A DNA stretch of 63,993 nucleotides, counting the filler, from Chrysochromulina tobinii (Eukaryota): assembly GCA_001275005.1 (NCBI GenBank). It is 7 parts of 7 records of this genome, joined end to end, with 100 filler letters (N's around TTAATTAATTAA, not from the genome) between each part and the next. Parts side by side here need not be neighbours in the genome. Positions count along the whole stretch, not along the records: positions 44,820 to 59,776 come from JWZX01000492.1; 6 more parts are not named here. One strand, given 5' to 3'. Both the position numbers and the translations under genes were made by a program. The notes under the pieces are model-generated. The model had not been told where the DNA came from. It worked only from the letters and a program-made list of their open reading frames with translations, and did not search any database. Positions 45,401 through 56,995 of the stretch are shown piece after piece; positions within the stretch are counted from its first letter, which is position 1, and the number at the start of each line of letters is the position of its first letter.

Positions 45401-46165
45401 TCACTCCTCCAGGTTGAGCGCCTTTCTCGCGAAGCTCAGCTGCTCAGCGGGGGCGAGTTTGAAATAGGCGTCGAAGGCCTTCACCGTCGACGCCAGCAGC
45501 TCCTGCGCGTACTCCACGTCGCGCTGCTCGGCTGGCAGCCCGCCCTGGTAGCCCAGCTCGTCACGTAGATCGGTGAGCTGCTTGAGCGCCTCGTTACGCT
45601 GTAGGTACTGCATCGTCTGCGAGGTAGAAGGCGTGGCACCTCCTAGCAGGTACGCGTTCGCCTCGGGCGTCTCACTGCCGTAGTAAATGTTGTCCGAGAA
45701 TGCGTTGAATATCTTCTTGAAGGCGACCGTTTCGAAGTTGCCTGAGGAGAGCTCCAGCCTCATTTCCGTCCACGTGGCGCCGTCGTAGCGCGTCAGCACA
45801 GGCCCAAGGGCCGCAAGCCGTTGGCGCATCTGGAGGATTGGGATGAGCAGGATGCCCGTCGCTGGCGGCGCTCCGCCGGGCGCGAGCCCTTCGCTGCCGC
45901 CGTATTGAATCGCATCGGCCTCGTCCTGCAACAAGATTCGCAGCTGCTCCAACGGGCGGCTCTTGAGGCCAGTGCGGTCGGGCGGCTTGAACGGATTCTC
46001 CCACGTGGCCGCGACTGCGGGCGGAGCGCCGTGCAGCGCTGCTGTGGCCGCGAGGATGGCAGCGCGTCGGCCGAGGTGCGCGAGGACCGCCGCCTCCGCC
46101 AGCATTGGGGCAAGGGCTAGGGCCGCGAGGACGGCAGCGCGTCGGTGAGGGTGGTGCTCCCTCAT
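45401..46165 (-). CDS. Putative plastid / thylakoid-lumen-targeted hypothetical protein
   Basis: Hydrophobic leader, then RRAAIL twin-arginine motif and AxA-like cleavage site; globular helical body. Confidence 0.55.
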   Translation of the reverse strand: MREHHPHRRAAVLAALALAPMLAEAAVLAHLGRRAAILAATAALHGAPPAVAATWENPFKPPDRTGLKSRPLEQLRILLQDEADAIQYGGSEGLAPGGAPPATGILLIPILQMRQRLAALGPVLTRYDGATWTEMRLELSSGNFETVAFKKIFNAFSDNIYYGSETPEANAYLLGGATPSTSQTMQYLQRNEALKQLTDLRDELGYQGGLPAEQRDVEYAQELLASTVKAFDAYFKLAPAEQLSFARKALNLEE

Positions 46166-46347
46166 CAGATTGAGGAAACTTACGGGCACTTCCCTGCAAC
46201 CAGTGCACCCGGGGGATAGGGGTTTGTACATGTTATCCGAAATCGGGGGGGGTGGCGCACGAAACTTTTCGGAATCGCGAGAGAGCGCGGTGGGTCCACT
46301 CTGGCGGCCTTGCTGCCCTCGCGGCAGAGGGTCGGACGCCCATCCAG

Positions 46348-46971
46348 ATGAGCCATTCAGTGGCACCCGTGGTGGCGCCCGTGGCCAGCACCTCGCCATC
46401 CGTTGGGCCTGTCGGGCTGCTCGCCAGTGCAGCCACTGCTCATTGGACCGCGGAGAGCAGCTCACCCGACAGCTACACCTCTGCGCACGGCGGCCCGCCG
46501 GCCGCTGTGCCTGAGCCGTGCGTCGTGGCACCGTCGAAGAGTGATCTTCAGGTCGAAGGTGCGATGCGGCGAGCTAGCGGCCGACAGCGCGCTCCTGTAA
46601 GCCACTACGAAGCCGGTGCTGCACCGTGTCCGCGTGCGTTGCATGCAGCCGCGGCGCAGCACAGCGGCCTGAGCGTGCCGCCGTCCGAGCTGAGCACGCA
46701 CAACATCGCCGAGCTAGCGCGCCTCGCCAAGTGGGCTCCGCCCGATGCTCCAGCGCTCAGGAGCAGGCAGGAAGGGCCGGAGACTGCTGCCGCCGCAGCA
46801 GCTGGCTGGGCGGCGGCCATCGCTGAGCACGCCAGCCTTGCCATTCCCGAGGGATACGCTTCGGGTGAGGGCGAGGCGGAGGTGGCCGGCGCGCTGTCTA
46901 GCGACGACGTCGAAGGCTCCGAAGCCGACAGCGACGAGCTGCCGCTCTCCGCGCGTGTCGCAAGCGCGCAG

Positions 46972-47051
<80 letters not shown>

Positions 47052-50000
47052 CTCCGTGTGGTCGCGGCCATGGACCCTCGGCAGCAGCAGCAATGGCGGC
47101 TGTGGCGAATCTTCCACAGCCAGGCCCGCGACACGCGGTGCGGAGCCCACACCAGCGCATCTGGCAGCGGGTGGACCCACGCCATGTGACGAACCTCTGG
47201 CAGCGGGTGGACCCACGCCATGTGACGAACCTCTGCCCTCTGCCTGTGACGAACCTCTGCCATGTGACGAACCTCTGCCCTCTGCCTCCGCCGCTGACGA
47301 CGCCTCCATGTCCACCGTGGTGGTGGAAGCGGCCGTCGAGAAGGGCGCCGTGCTGAGCGAGCATGGCGCCGTGCTGAGCGAGCATGTCGCCATGCTGAGC
47401 GAGCATGACGCCGTGCTGAGCGGTATTGGCGCCGTGCTGAGCGGCAATGGCGCCGTGCTGAGCGGCAACGGCGCCGTGCCAGCTGAACCGCCGGGCGCGT
47501 CATCCAGCGACGTTGCTGCGAGCGTTGCGACGGCGGTCGGCCGAGGCGCCGTCTTGGGCAGTGGCGCGGCCGCTGCGGCCGCGGCCGCCTCGCGTGCCAG
47601 CCCGTTCGGCGGTGGCACCGGCGCGACGGCCGCTTGCTCGAGCTGTTGCGTCAGCGGTGGCACGACCTCGGGAGGAAGTTTGGGAATGAGCTCGGGGATC
47701 TCGGGAGTGAGCTCGGGAGTGAGCTCGGGAATCGAGCTGCACTTGCCTAGTTTGGGAGTGAGCTCGGGATTCGAGCTGTCCCGCCTGGCAGGTGCCCGCT
47801 ACGACGCCCTTTATGGCGATGAATGATGGCCTGTGAATGATGCCCTGTGAATGATGGCCTGATGAGCCCTGATGATGGCCTCCCGATATGGCAGGTGGGC
47901 TCTTCGACGCTCTCCATAACGATGAAGGGGACTCTGATGACGATGATGACAGGGTCTTCCTGGTGGCCGACGATAGCCCGAGCCCGCTCGAGCAGCTGCC
48001 TAATATGGACGTCTCCGATCGGAGGCCGGGCGTCGTGTCGGGCGTCGGGCAGTTCTCCGTCCCGTACACAAGTACGGACGTCGGGCATGTGCCCATCGCG
48101 ACGCCTGGCAGCGGCGGTGCGCCGTCTTGGGCGCCGGGGACAACGAACCAGGCGATGCCCTTCCCTCCCGGCGGGGTCGCGCACAGCCCCGCGTCGATGC
48201 ACGCGCCAGGGGGCGCCTGGCCACTCACCGCCGCAACAACCGCCGCCGTGGCGCCGGCGCCGGCGCCGGCTGCGCCGTCGGCGGCGCTGCAAGGGCTGCA
48301 AGGGCCCATAGGTGAGCCATTACTTCCTACGAGCGGGCCCGGTGCCGGTGGTACCAGTGCCAGGAAGGAGAAGACAGGCAAGGAGTCGAAGAAGGCCAAG
48401 GAACCCAAAGCGCGTGCGCAGGGGGCCAAGGAACCCAAATCTGGCAAGGAACCCAAATTTGGGGCGAGCCGTTGGCATACAATGGGACCCATATTAGGCA
48501 ACTGCTCGACCTTGCCCGAGCCGCCTCCAGGGCCTGCGTTTGCGTACGCGAAGCTGCCGCCGCCGCCGCCGCCGCCCCGTGCCGCGGCCCTGGCGGCGAT
48601 GCGCGCCACGGCGGTGGCCATCGCGGGGCCCGTCCTTGCGCCGGGACCTATTCTACCTCCGCTGGCGCAGCAGCCGCCGCCGCCGCTGACAGCGCGCAGC
48701 GGCCTCGGCGCACTCGACGGCGCGTCGCTCATCGGCGGTGCGCATGCGGCCGCTGGCGCCCCCGCCGTTCCGGGCGGCTTGGTCCTCGAAGACGAGCGCG
48801 CACTCCGAGCGGTTGGACTAGGGCTGCGAGCCCGCAAGGCGAAGCCCGAGCCGGCCGCGCCCGCCGCCACCCCCATCGCCCCGGCTGCCCCCCCTGAAGC
48901 TGCCCCCGCCCCCGAAGACGCTTCCAACAGCGGCGACGGCGGCAGCGGCGGCAAGGGGCGCGGCAGTGGGCGAGGCCGGGGCCGGGGCCGCGGCCGCGAG
49001 GGCGCCGGGGGCGACCAAGGACGCCCAACACGGCGCGACCGAGGACGCCCAACACGGCGCTACCGAGGACGCCCAACACGGCGCGCCGATGGCGACGAGC
49101 AGCAGCGGGAGCAGCGGCGGCGGCGGCGGCGCCACCTCTGGCGCTACCAGCAAGGGCCGTGGCAAGGCGAGCGCCGCCGCCGCCGCCGCCATCGCCGCCG
49201 CCGCCGCCTCCGATGCCTCGGCACCGCCACCGGTCAAAAAGCGCGGCCGCCCGACCAAGGGCGAAGCACCCGGGGATGGCGACGGCGCGCCGGCGAGCCA
49301 AGGCGCCGTCTTGGGCGCCGCCAAGGAGGCTGCGGGCGCCGAGTTGGGCGATTCGATCTCTGTGAGCCTCGCGTCGCTGCTCCCTGGGATGATGGTCGGG
49401 GAAGGTGAAGCCTCTGCCGGTGAAGGCAGGCCGCGCAAGCAAGGGAGAGGGAGCAAGGGCAAGAGCGCCGCTGCTGCATCCGCCGACGGCGCTGACGCCG
49501 CTGCATCCGACGCGCCGCCGGCCATGCTGCACTTCACCTTGGCGTCTCTCCAGAGGCTGGGGATGCCGCTGCTCGATGCGGACCTCGCGCCGGTGGTGGC
49601 CACGGATGTGGCCATGGAGGATGCGATGGCTGGCGACGGGGGCGACGGGGGCGACGGGGGCGAGCGCGGCGAGGTGGTGTTGTTGGCACCGATGGCGGAG
49701 GGCTCGGCCGCCGCCGCGCCCCTGTCCGCCGTGCTGAGCGCCCAACACGGCGCGGCGCGCCTGAGCGAGATGGACATCGAGGCAAGCGTCGTCCTGGGCG
49801 TCGCCTTGGATGGCGCTGCGGCGGGCGGCGACGCCAACAGCGATGGCGCGGGCTCCAGTACCGCGACGGCCGACGCCGCCGCGGCAGCAGGCGCGGCGTC
49901 GGCAGCTGCCTCGGCGCGCGACGCAGCCAGCGCGATTGCGCTCCTCGAGGCCGACCTGGCGCTCGCGGGCGAGGTCGCGGGAGAACGACGCTCGTCAGGT

Positions 50001-51434
50001 CGAGAGCGCGGAGATTCGACTCCCTGATGACGCCCTAATGACGCCCTAATGACGCCCTAATGACGCCCTAATGACGCCCTAATGACGCCCTAATGACGCC
50101 CTGATTGCCTCCCTCATCAGGTCGAAAGCGCGCCATTGGCGGCGCCAACGGCGGCGGCTACTTCACCGCGAATTACGAGGACGAGTCGTTACATATGCTC
50201 CGGTGTGACCCGTATGCCGATCTGCATCCGGGCTCGGGCCTGCCCGGTGCGCAGCCCTTCCGGGTGACGGTCGACCCACTCGTGCTCGCCGTCGTCGACT
50301 TCCACGCACACATGCTCTCCTCAGAGATCATTGGCTTCCTCGGCGGCCACTGGAACTCCGCCCAGGTACGTTGATTGCCACTGATGGCCTGCCTTGCATG
50401 CAAGCGCTCACTGCAGCGCTCGGGGTCTCCTCGCAGCGGCTGCTCCATCTACGCGAGGCCTTCCCGTGTCGCTCGATCGCCAACGATACCGGCTCAGTGC
50501 ACGTGGAGCTCGATCCCCTGGCCGAGGTCCAGGTGCGCGCGCGCGCCGATCGAGGCGCGTCACTTCAAGGGAGCCGCATGCAAGTGCTCACTACGGCGCC
50601 CTCTCCCCACAGGTGCGCGCGGCGATCGAGGGGCGTAACATGAAGGTGGTCGGCTGGTACCACTCGCACCCGCTCTTCGCGCCGCAGCCCTCTATTCGCG
50701 ACGTGCAGAACCAACAAAACTACCAGACGCTCTTCCATGACAGCGAGTGCCACATGTTCCCCTTTGTCGGCATGATCGTCTCGCCATACGACGGCCGCCT
50801 CTCGTCCGCCGCCTCAGCCCTCACGATGTTCTACGTGGAGGCGGCGGCGGCCTCGACCGGCGGCGGGACTCCGAAGCGATGCATCTACGAGGTGCACTCG
50901 CTGCCGCCGCCACCGACCCCCGACCAGCGACCTTCGGCCGCCGGCGCCCGACACGACGCCTTGCCGCCACCGGCCGCCGCCGACGGAAGCGCCGGCGCCG
51001 TCGTGGGCGCCGTCGGAGACGCCGTCGGTGGCGCCGTCGTGGGCGCCTGGCTGCCCGAGCGCGCGATACCTCCGATGAAGCTCGCGGCGGGAGATCCGAT
51101 GCGCCGTTATTGGGAAGCCCGGCTGCTCACGGCGGGACACACGCTCTGCGCTCTGGTTCAGTACTACCGCAAGCACCGCTCGCGCACGCAGCTGCGTCAG
51201 CCGTGGAAGCGGAAGATAAAGGGTGGGGTCGTCCCGCCCGAGGGCGGCGCGGCCGGCGCGGGGGGCGCACCGCCGTACACGAAACTCGATAAGCTCATCA
51301 AGAGCGTGCGAAGCCGTATTGTACTGGCTTTTGGCGGCGAGGCGGTCGATGCCCTGCTCGGCGGCATCGTCGAGTACATTGACGCCAACGGCGAGTATGG
51401 CACGAACCAGCCCGCGCCCAACGGCAAGCACTGA
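46348..51434 (+). CDS. MPN/JAMM-domain protein (MPND/MYSM1-like) with long low-complexity N-terminus and AT-hook
   Basis: DFHAH..EIIGFLGG..EAFPC..VVGWYHSHP..PSIRD; KKRGRP; introns 47792-47894, 49999-50120, 50366-50436, 50533-50612; apparent frameshift near 49010. Confidence 0.8.
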
Positions 51435-51710
51435 GAGCCTCCCTTAGGTTCTCCCTTACTCTCTGTCTCTCTCGCTCTGGTGCGTCCAATCGTCCATGCA
51501 CGCGCTCTCGCCTTCTCTTCAATGCCCATACGATAAGATCATCTTCCACGTGCCTCGGGGGTCCGTCGCGTTTGCATGTGTATACCGTAAATCATGTGGA
51601 CTCACAAGGATTAATGAATCGCTCAAAGCAACGCGGCGCGGTGCTCGCCTTCCAGACAGGACGCGTCGGTCAGCACTCGTCAATGGCCTCCAGGGCGCCC
51701 GGTGGAAGTG

Positions 51711-54060
51711 ATGCTCCGGCGGAGCCTCGCCCTCTGCGAGCGACGCCTCGTCTCTGCGGCACGGCACGGCGTGCCGCCGTCGCGCACTGCTCAGCTTTTC
51801 GAGACGGCCGCCGATGGCGACTCGAGGCCTGAGCTACAGCATCGCCACCTGCATCGAGTGCCGGCGAGCGCAAGCTGGATGGACGGCCACTCGGCACGGC
51901 ACTTGAACAGAGCGATCAGAAGAGCTGTGCGCACTCTCCGAACATCGGCAGTGGCGACGGGCCCAGAGAAGATCAGCCCTGCACCCAAGGCTGCCATCAG
52001 TCCTCCGCTACTTAGTCCGAGGGCTCATTGGCTGTTGGGGCGAACGCCCTCGCACATATACGCCCAATTGACTCTGCTGACTTCCTTGTACAGCGTGCAG
52101 CAGTTTGGCGCGGGCGCGGTCGCTGCGTGCGCTCCCGCGTTGCTCACCGGCCTCGGCATGCAAGAGTCGCTGGGCTTCGTCGTCGCCCTGCCGAGCTTCG
52201 CCGGCTTGCTGTTCAACTTGCCAGGCGGCATCCTCATCGACCGTGCCGGCAAGAAGAAGCCCCTGATCGTGAGCACGTACGTGCAGGGCGTGAGCTGCAT
52301 GGCGATGGCTGCCTCCCACGGGCTCATGCTCCTCGTTCCGAGTCGCTTCGGCATGGGCGTGAGCTTCTCAATCTGGTCGACAGCGATGGACGCTTACCAA
52401 GGCGACATTGTGAATCGATGCGACCCTCACTTCAAAGGACGCGCCTTGGGGATCGTGGCGATGACCTCGAACCTGGCGTATGCGGTGGGACCACTGGCGG
52501 GCGGCTGGCTCGCCAACGCCACTCCCTTCGGTGTGACGGCGCCCTTGCTGTTTGTCGGGGCGAGTTCGCTACTCACAGTGCCCATGATCAATGTGATCAT
52601 GGAGGAGACACCGTCGGAGCTGCTGCGACCGACCCGGCCCGTGCCCAAGACCGTCTCCATCCCCCTCCGCCCCCTGCGCCTCTCGTGGCTGCAAAAGAGG
52701 ATGAGAGAGGAACCGACGTTTGTGCTCTCTCCCCGCTCCGAACTCCCTGACGAAGCTTTCATTAGCTTCGATGAGCTGCGCGAGATCGAGCAGATTGCGA
52801 AGACCAAAGCCCAGGGCTCGTTGCTCGACCCTCTCCCCGCGGCGAGCGTCGAGGACTTCAGGGAGCTGCTCCGCGACCCGAACCAGCAGGCTATCTTCAT
52901 GACGCAGGTGAGAGCCCTTGATGACCTCTCATGACCTCTCATGACGAAGGTGATCCTCCAAGTCGGCGGCGCTGATGGCCTCTAGATGGTCTCTTGAGAG
53001 CCCTTGATGACCTCTGATGGCCTCTCATGACGCAGGTGATCCTCCAAGTCAGCGGCGCCGCGTACCTGACCATCGTGCCGCTCAGCGCCATCGCCGCCTT
53101 CGGATCGACGCCCCTCGAATTAGGCTCCCTGTACGCTGATGACCTCTGATGACATCTCGAATTAGGCTCCCTGTACGCTGATGACCTCTGATGACATCTC
53201 GAATTAGGCTCCCTGTACGCTGATGACCTCTGATGACCTCTGATGACATCTCGAATTAGGCTCCCTGTACGCTGATGACCTCTGATGGCCTCTTGATAGC
53301 CTCTTGATGACCTGCTGATGAGCGCGGATGTCGAATTGGGCTCCTGGTACTGGAACTCAATTGGAACTCAATTGGAACTCAATTGGAATTGGAACTCAAT
53401 TGGAACTCAATTGGAATTGGAATTAATTGGAACTCAATTGGATGTCGAATTGGGCTCCTGGAACTCCGTCCTCGTGGAACCATGATCGCCTCTTGATGAC
53501 ACTTGATGGCCTCTGATGGCCCCTGATGACGTGCGGATGACCCCTGATGAACCTGATGACCTATTGATGACCCCTGATGACCAGTGATGACCTCTGATGA
53601 TTGCCTCCCTCCCAACAGGTACTCGGTCCTCGGCGTCATGGGCATCATAGGGGGCCCCGTCGGTGGCCTCCTAACCGATACCATAGGGCGCAAGCGCACC
53701 ATCTATCTTGGCGCCGCAATGATGGGCGTCGCGTTTGGCTCGATGCCGTTGTGCGGTTCACACATGGGCTTCCTCCTGGCTATGTCCTTGTCTGGGCTCG
53801 GGGATTCGATCCTTGGGAATGCATCGGCGGCGATGGTGGTGGATGTGACTCCCGAGAATCGGCGCGGGATCCAAAGCGGCATGTCCAGCCAGGTGGGGGA
53901 CATGATCTACATCTTCGCACCCATTGGGCTGACGGCCATCGCGACAGCCACATCCTATGATGCTGCCTTTGCCACGGTGGCAGGACTGCTGACGCTCTCG
54001 ACGGTGGGCTTTGCACGCACGGCATCCGGCTTTATCGAACGAAAGTCACGTAGGGTCTAA
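51711..54060 (+). CDS. MFS transporter; exons 51711-52907, 53036-53130 and 53619-54060
   Basis: Motif A in both halves (GILIDRAGKK; GLLTDTIGRK); multiple TM helices; introns 52908-53035 and 53131-53618 restore the frame. Confidence 0.85.
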
Positions 54061-54699
54061 GGTAGCGTGTGACGGTCGGGAGCATGCACCGCTACTCGAC
54101 CGACACCGAGTACTCATCTTATTACTGCGGTATAGGCGACAGTACTACGCAACTCGCAAGAGATAGGATAGTTTCCTATGATAAATAATGTGTCATGGCT
54201 CTCCGCCGTCCGAGGAGCAATTCTTCGCGATCCGTTTATCGCGTTACGGTGTGAGGCCGGGCTGCGACGCCTATACGGTGGCGCCTAACGTCGGTTCGTC
54301 ACGTTGTGGCGCCTCTTCCACTCAATCCCGTCTCTTCCGGTCTCCTGCCGGGACACACTCGGACCGGACGAATGGAAGGCTGACTCGCTTGTACCATGTA
54401 CTATAATGAGCTCAGGCCTCAGCAGGGTATCGGAGGGGGGCCGCCGGTGTATCTTCAATCTTGCATGAAGCCGCCCGCATTCATGGCGGCGGGTCTTTGG
54501 CGTTTCTCTTGTGGCATCGAGCCCCGCGCCCCACGAGGGTGCGGCTCAGACGACGGCCGCCTTCGAGTCGACCTCGCCCGCCATGCCCAAGATCTCGACC
54601 CAAGATCACAGTTGCATGTCCAAGCCCGTCATACTGTTGGCGCCGCGCCAGTCGATAACCAGTCGAAGGCCTTGTCGACGTTCAGGTCGTTCGAGTTGG

Positions 54700-55570
54700 T
54701 TAGAGTTGGTCCCATAATCTGAGCCGTTGGCCGAGGTGTCTGTCGAGGACTGCTCGAATTTGGCGAGACGCGCCGTCGGAGGCGCCATCTGCAGCGACGG
54801 CACGGTCTTTCCGGAGTGCGACTGCTCCTGCGACGGGGAGGCCAACGACGAGGGAGTGCTCGAGTTTTTCTCGTAGTGGCCTCAGTTCTTGTCGGAAGCG
54901 CACGGTGCCTTCTTGGTCCGCAAGTGCGACGCTCCCGACGGGTCCGAGCACGGCCGCATCGCAGTGGTCGCTTGCCTCGTCCCTCTCCATGGACTCGTCG
55001 CCGTCCTTCGCCGAGCGGCTCGCGATGCCGGGGCGCTGCATCACCGACGACTCCATCTTGGGGTAGGGCTTCTTGGACGCCTTGATGAGGTTGCGGTCGC
55101 GCCGGTTCGAGCGCCGGTTCTGGAACCACACCTGGATCTGCGTCGCGTCGAGCGAAGTGAAGGGGCGTGGCAAGCCAGGTCAGCAAAGGTGTAGAGAGGG
55201 AGAGATCTGCTGCTAATCTGCTGCGGTACTGCTGCGGTGGAGCCCCCGGGTACGTCGCAAGTAGGAGTGGTTAAAAGGAAGGTTGAAGGGAGCCAGGCCG
55301 CGCTCGCAAGGACGGCCGTGCGCGCGCAGATACCTGCCGCTGCGATACTTCCAAGTCCGTTGCGAGCCTCTGGCGCATGTGCAGGGGAGGGTCGTTCTCG
55401 ATCTCGTACATTTGCTCGAGCAAGTAAAGCGCCGACGACGAGATGATCCAGCGCCCACTGATGGGATTATCGATGGCGCTCAGGAGCTGAGGGCTCGCCG
55501 GCTGCACGCACACGCGGCCGCAGGGGGGCATTCCGTAGATCGGGGCCTTCATCGTCATTTCATCGCACAT
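54700..55570 (-). CDS. Homeodomain transcription factor; intron 55138-55333
   Basis: LEQMYEIENDPPLHMRQRLATDLEVSQRQ|IQVWFQNRR. Confidence 0.9.
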
Positions 55571-55909
55571 CACACAGACCTGGTTACAGACCTGGAAGGA
55601 CGGATGGAAAATTTTGTGGAGATTTTGTGGGAAAATTTGACCGGAATTATACCAAATGAAAACCCGGATTTATCGGAAGACCCGACTTTTCGGGCGGTCC
55701 GAGGTCCGATATATGTACACTGGAAGCGTACATTGAATTCCTGTACGCGTACATGTAGTCCGAAGGATCGACCCTGGTATCTCAATTCATACAAGTCTGT
55801 TTGCGCGCCTTTGTTAGCGCCTTTGCGATTGGTCGATGGACGTTGCCGCAAATAGATGGTAATAGATGGGTTCACCTAGGGTTCATCAAGAGGGGAAGGA
55901 GGAGCGACC

Positions 55910-56878
55910 TCAGGTAGACAGGAGGTCTTGGCGACTGAGCGGCATGACGGCAGCGCCTTGAATCTCGCGCAATCTCAGGTTGCATGCCAAGAACTCCTCG
56001 TAGCCTCGCTCGCCGTGGTCGTCGTACGTGAAGCCATCGCCCCTGAAGAGGCCCTTGAGGCCCAACTCGTCCCAGAGGAACTGCCGCACCTGGACGAGAG
56101 ACGGCGACGGGCCGAGTCGCAGGAAACGCTGAAGGCTCATGTAATGCTCGCTCGGGGATTCTCCCGTCGAGGGATCCCGCCCAGCGAGGTTGGCCCCGAG
56201 CATGTCGTAGCCCGCCTGCGCTTGAATGTCGGCAAATGGCATGCTCTGGATCGTGGGCAAGTGGTGGTGCACACGCTGCCAGGCTTCGGGGTACTGCGAT
56301 TCCAGCACCCGTGCCACACCAGCCCACGTGGCGCGCTCGGCTGCCACCGACGCGGCTGGGAAGATACACAGCTGGAAGAGCTTCGGGCGGGGTCCGTGCA
56401 GCTTTGCATCGAGCCACGACTGGCCCATGCCAAGTCGCAAGCACACCTCGCGCGCCGAAAGCCCGAGGAATCCCTCGCGCAGCGCGTCGGCCCCAAACAC
56501 CCAAGAGGCCCGCTTCCAAGAGTCTGCAGAGAGGAGCTCGCCAAAGCTCGGGTCGCCCAGCTCGCCGTGTATCACGCGCCCGGCGAGTGGGCACTCGACG
56601 AGGATTGCCTCGAGCTCATCGCGCGCCGTCTGGTCGCTGGCGCCGGCCCGCCACAGCAGGAGGAAGCGGTCGGCGTGGCTGACTGCCGCGCCGCTGCCGC
56701 CAGCAGCGGCCGCCGCAGCTGCAGCCGCCTGTTTCTCTCTCTTTGCCGCCTCCTTGGCGGCCAGAAATTTGCAGATGGCGAGGAGTGGTTGGGCGGGGCG
56801 TGTGTGCAGGACCTCGAGCACCGCCGCGGCCAACGCCTCGTGGACGCCGTTCGCAGCTAGAAACTCGCGGCCCGACAT
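55910..56878 (-). CDS. Hypothetical protein with a Dpy-30/RIIa-like N-terminal dimerisation motif
   Basis: FLAANGVHEALAAAVLEVLHTRPAQPLLAICKFL followed by an unrecognised globular domain. Confidence 0.55.
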   Translation of the reverse strand: MSGREFLAANGVHEALAAAVLEVLHTRPAQPLLAICKFLAAKEAAKREKQAAAAAAAAAGGSGAAVSHADRFLLLWRAGASDQTARDELEAILVECPLAGRVIHGELGDPSFGELLSADSWKRASWVFGADALREGFLGLSAREVCLRLGMGQSWLDAKLHGPRPKLFQLCIFPAASVAAERATWAGVARVLESQYPEAWQRVHHHLPTIQSMPFADIQAQAGYDMLGANLAGRDPSTGESPSEHYMSLQRFLRLGPSPSLVQVRQFLWDELGLKGLFRGDGFTYDDHGERGYEEFLACNLRLREIQGAAVMPLSRQDLLST

Positions 56879-56995
56879 GAGCAAAAGCGTTCCCAAGCTG
56901 GAACCGTGAAGAGCCAAACCTACGGAATACTGTAGGAGCGCGATGTGCGAAGGCCTTGCTGCACTTGTAAAGACAGCTCGCCTTTTCCACGCGCG

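Noticed and set aside
46974..47050. (CAG)n tracts here, at 22147-22200 and (CTG)n at 61934-61969
   Set aside because: Ordinary polyQ/polyA microsatellites
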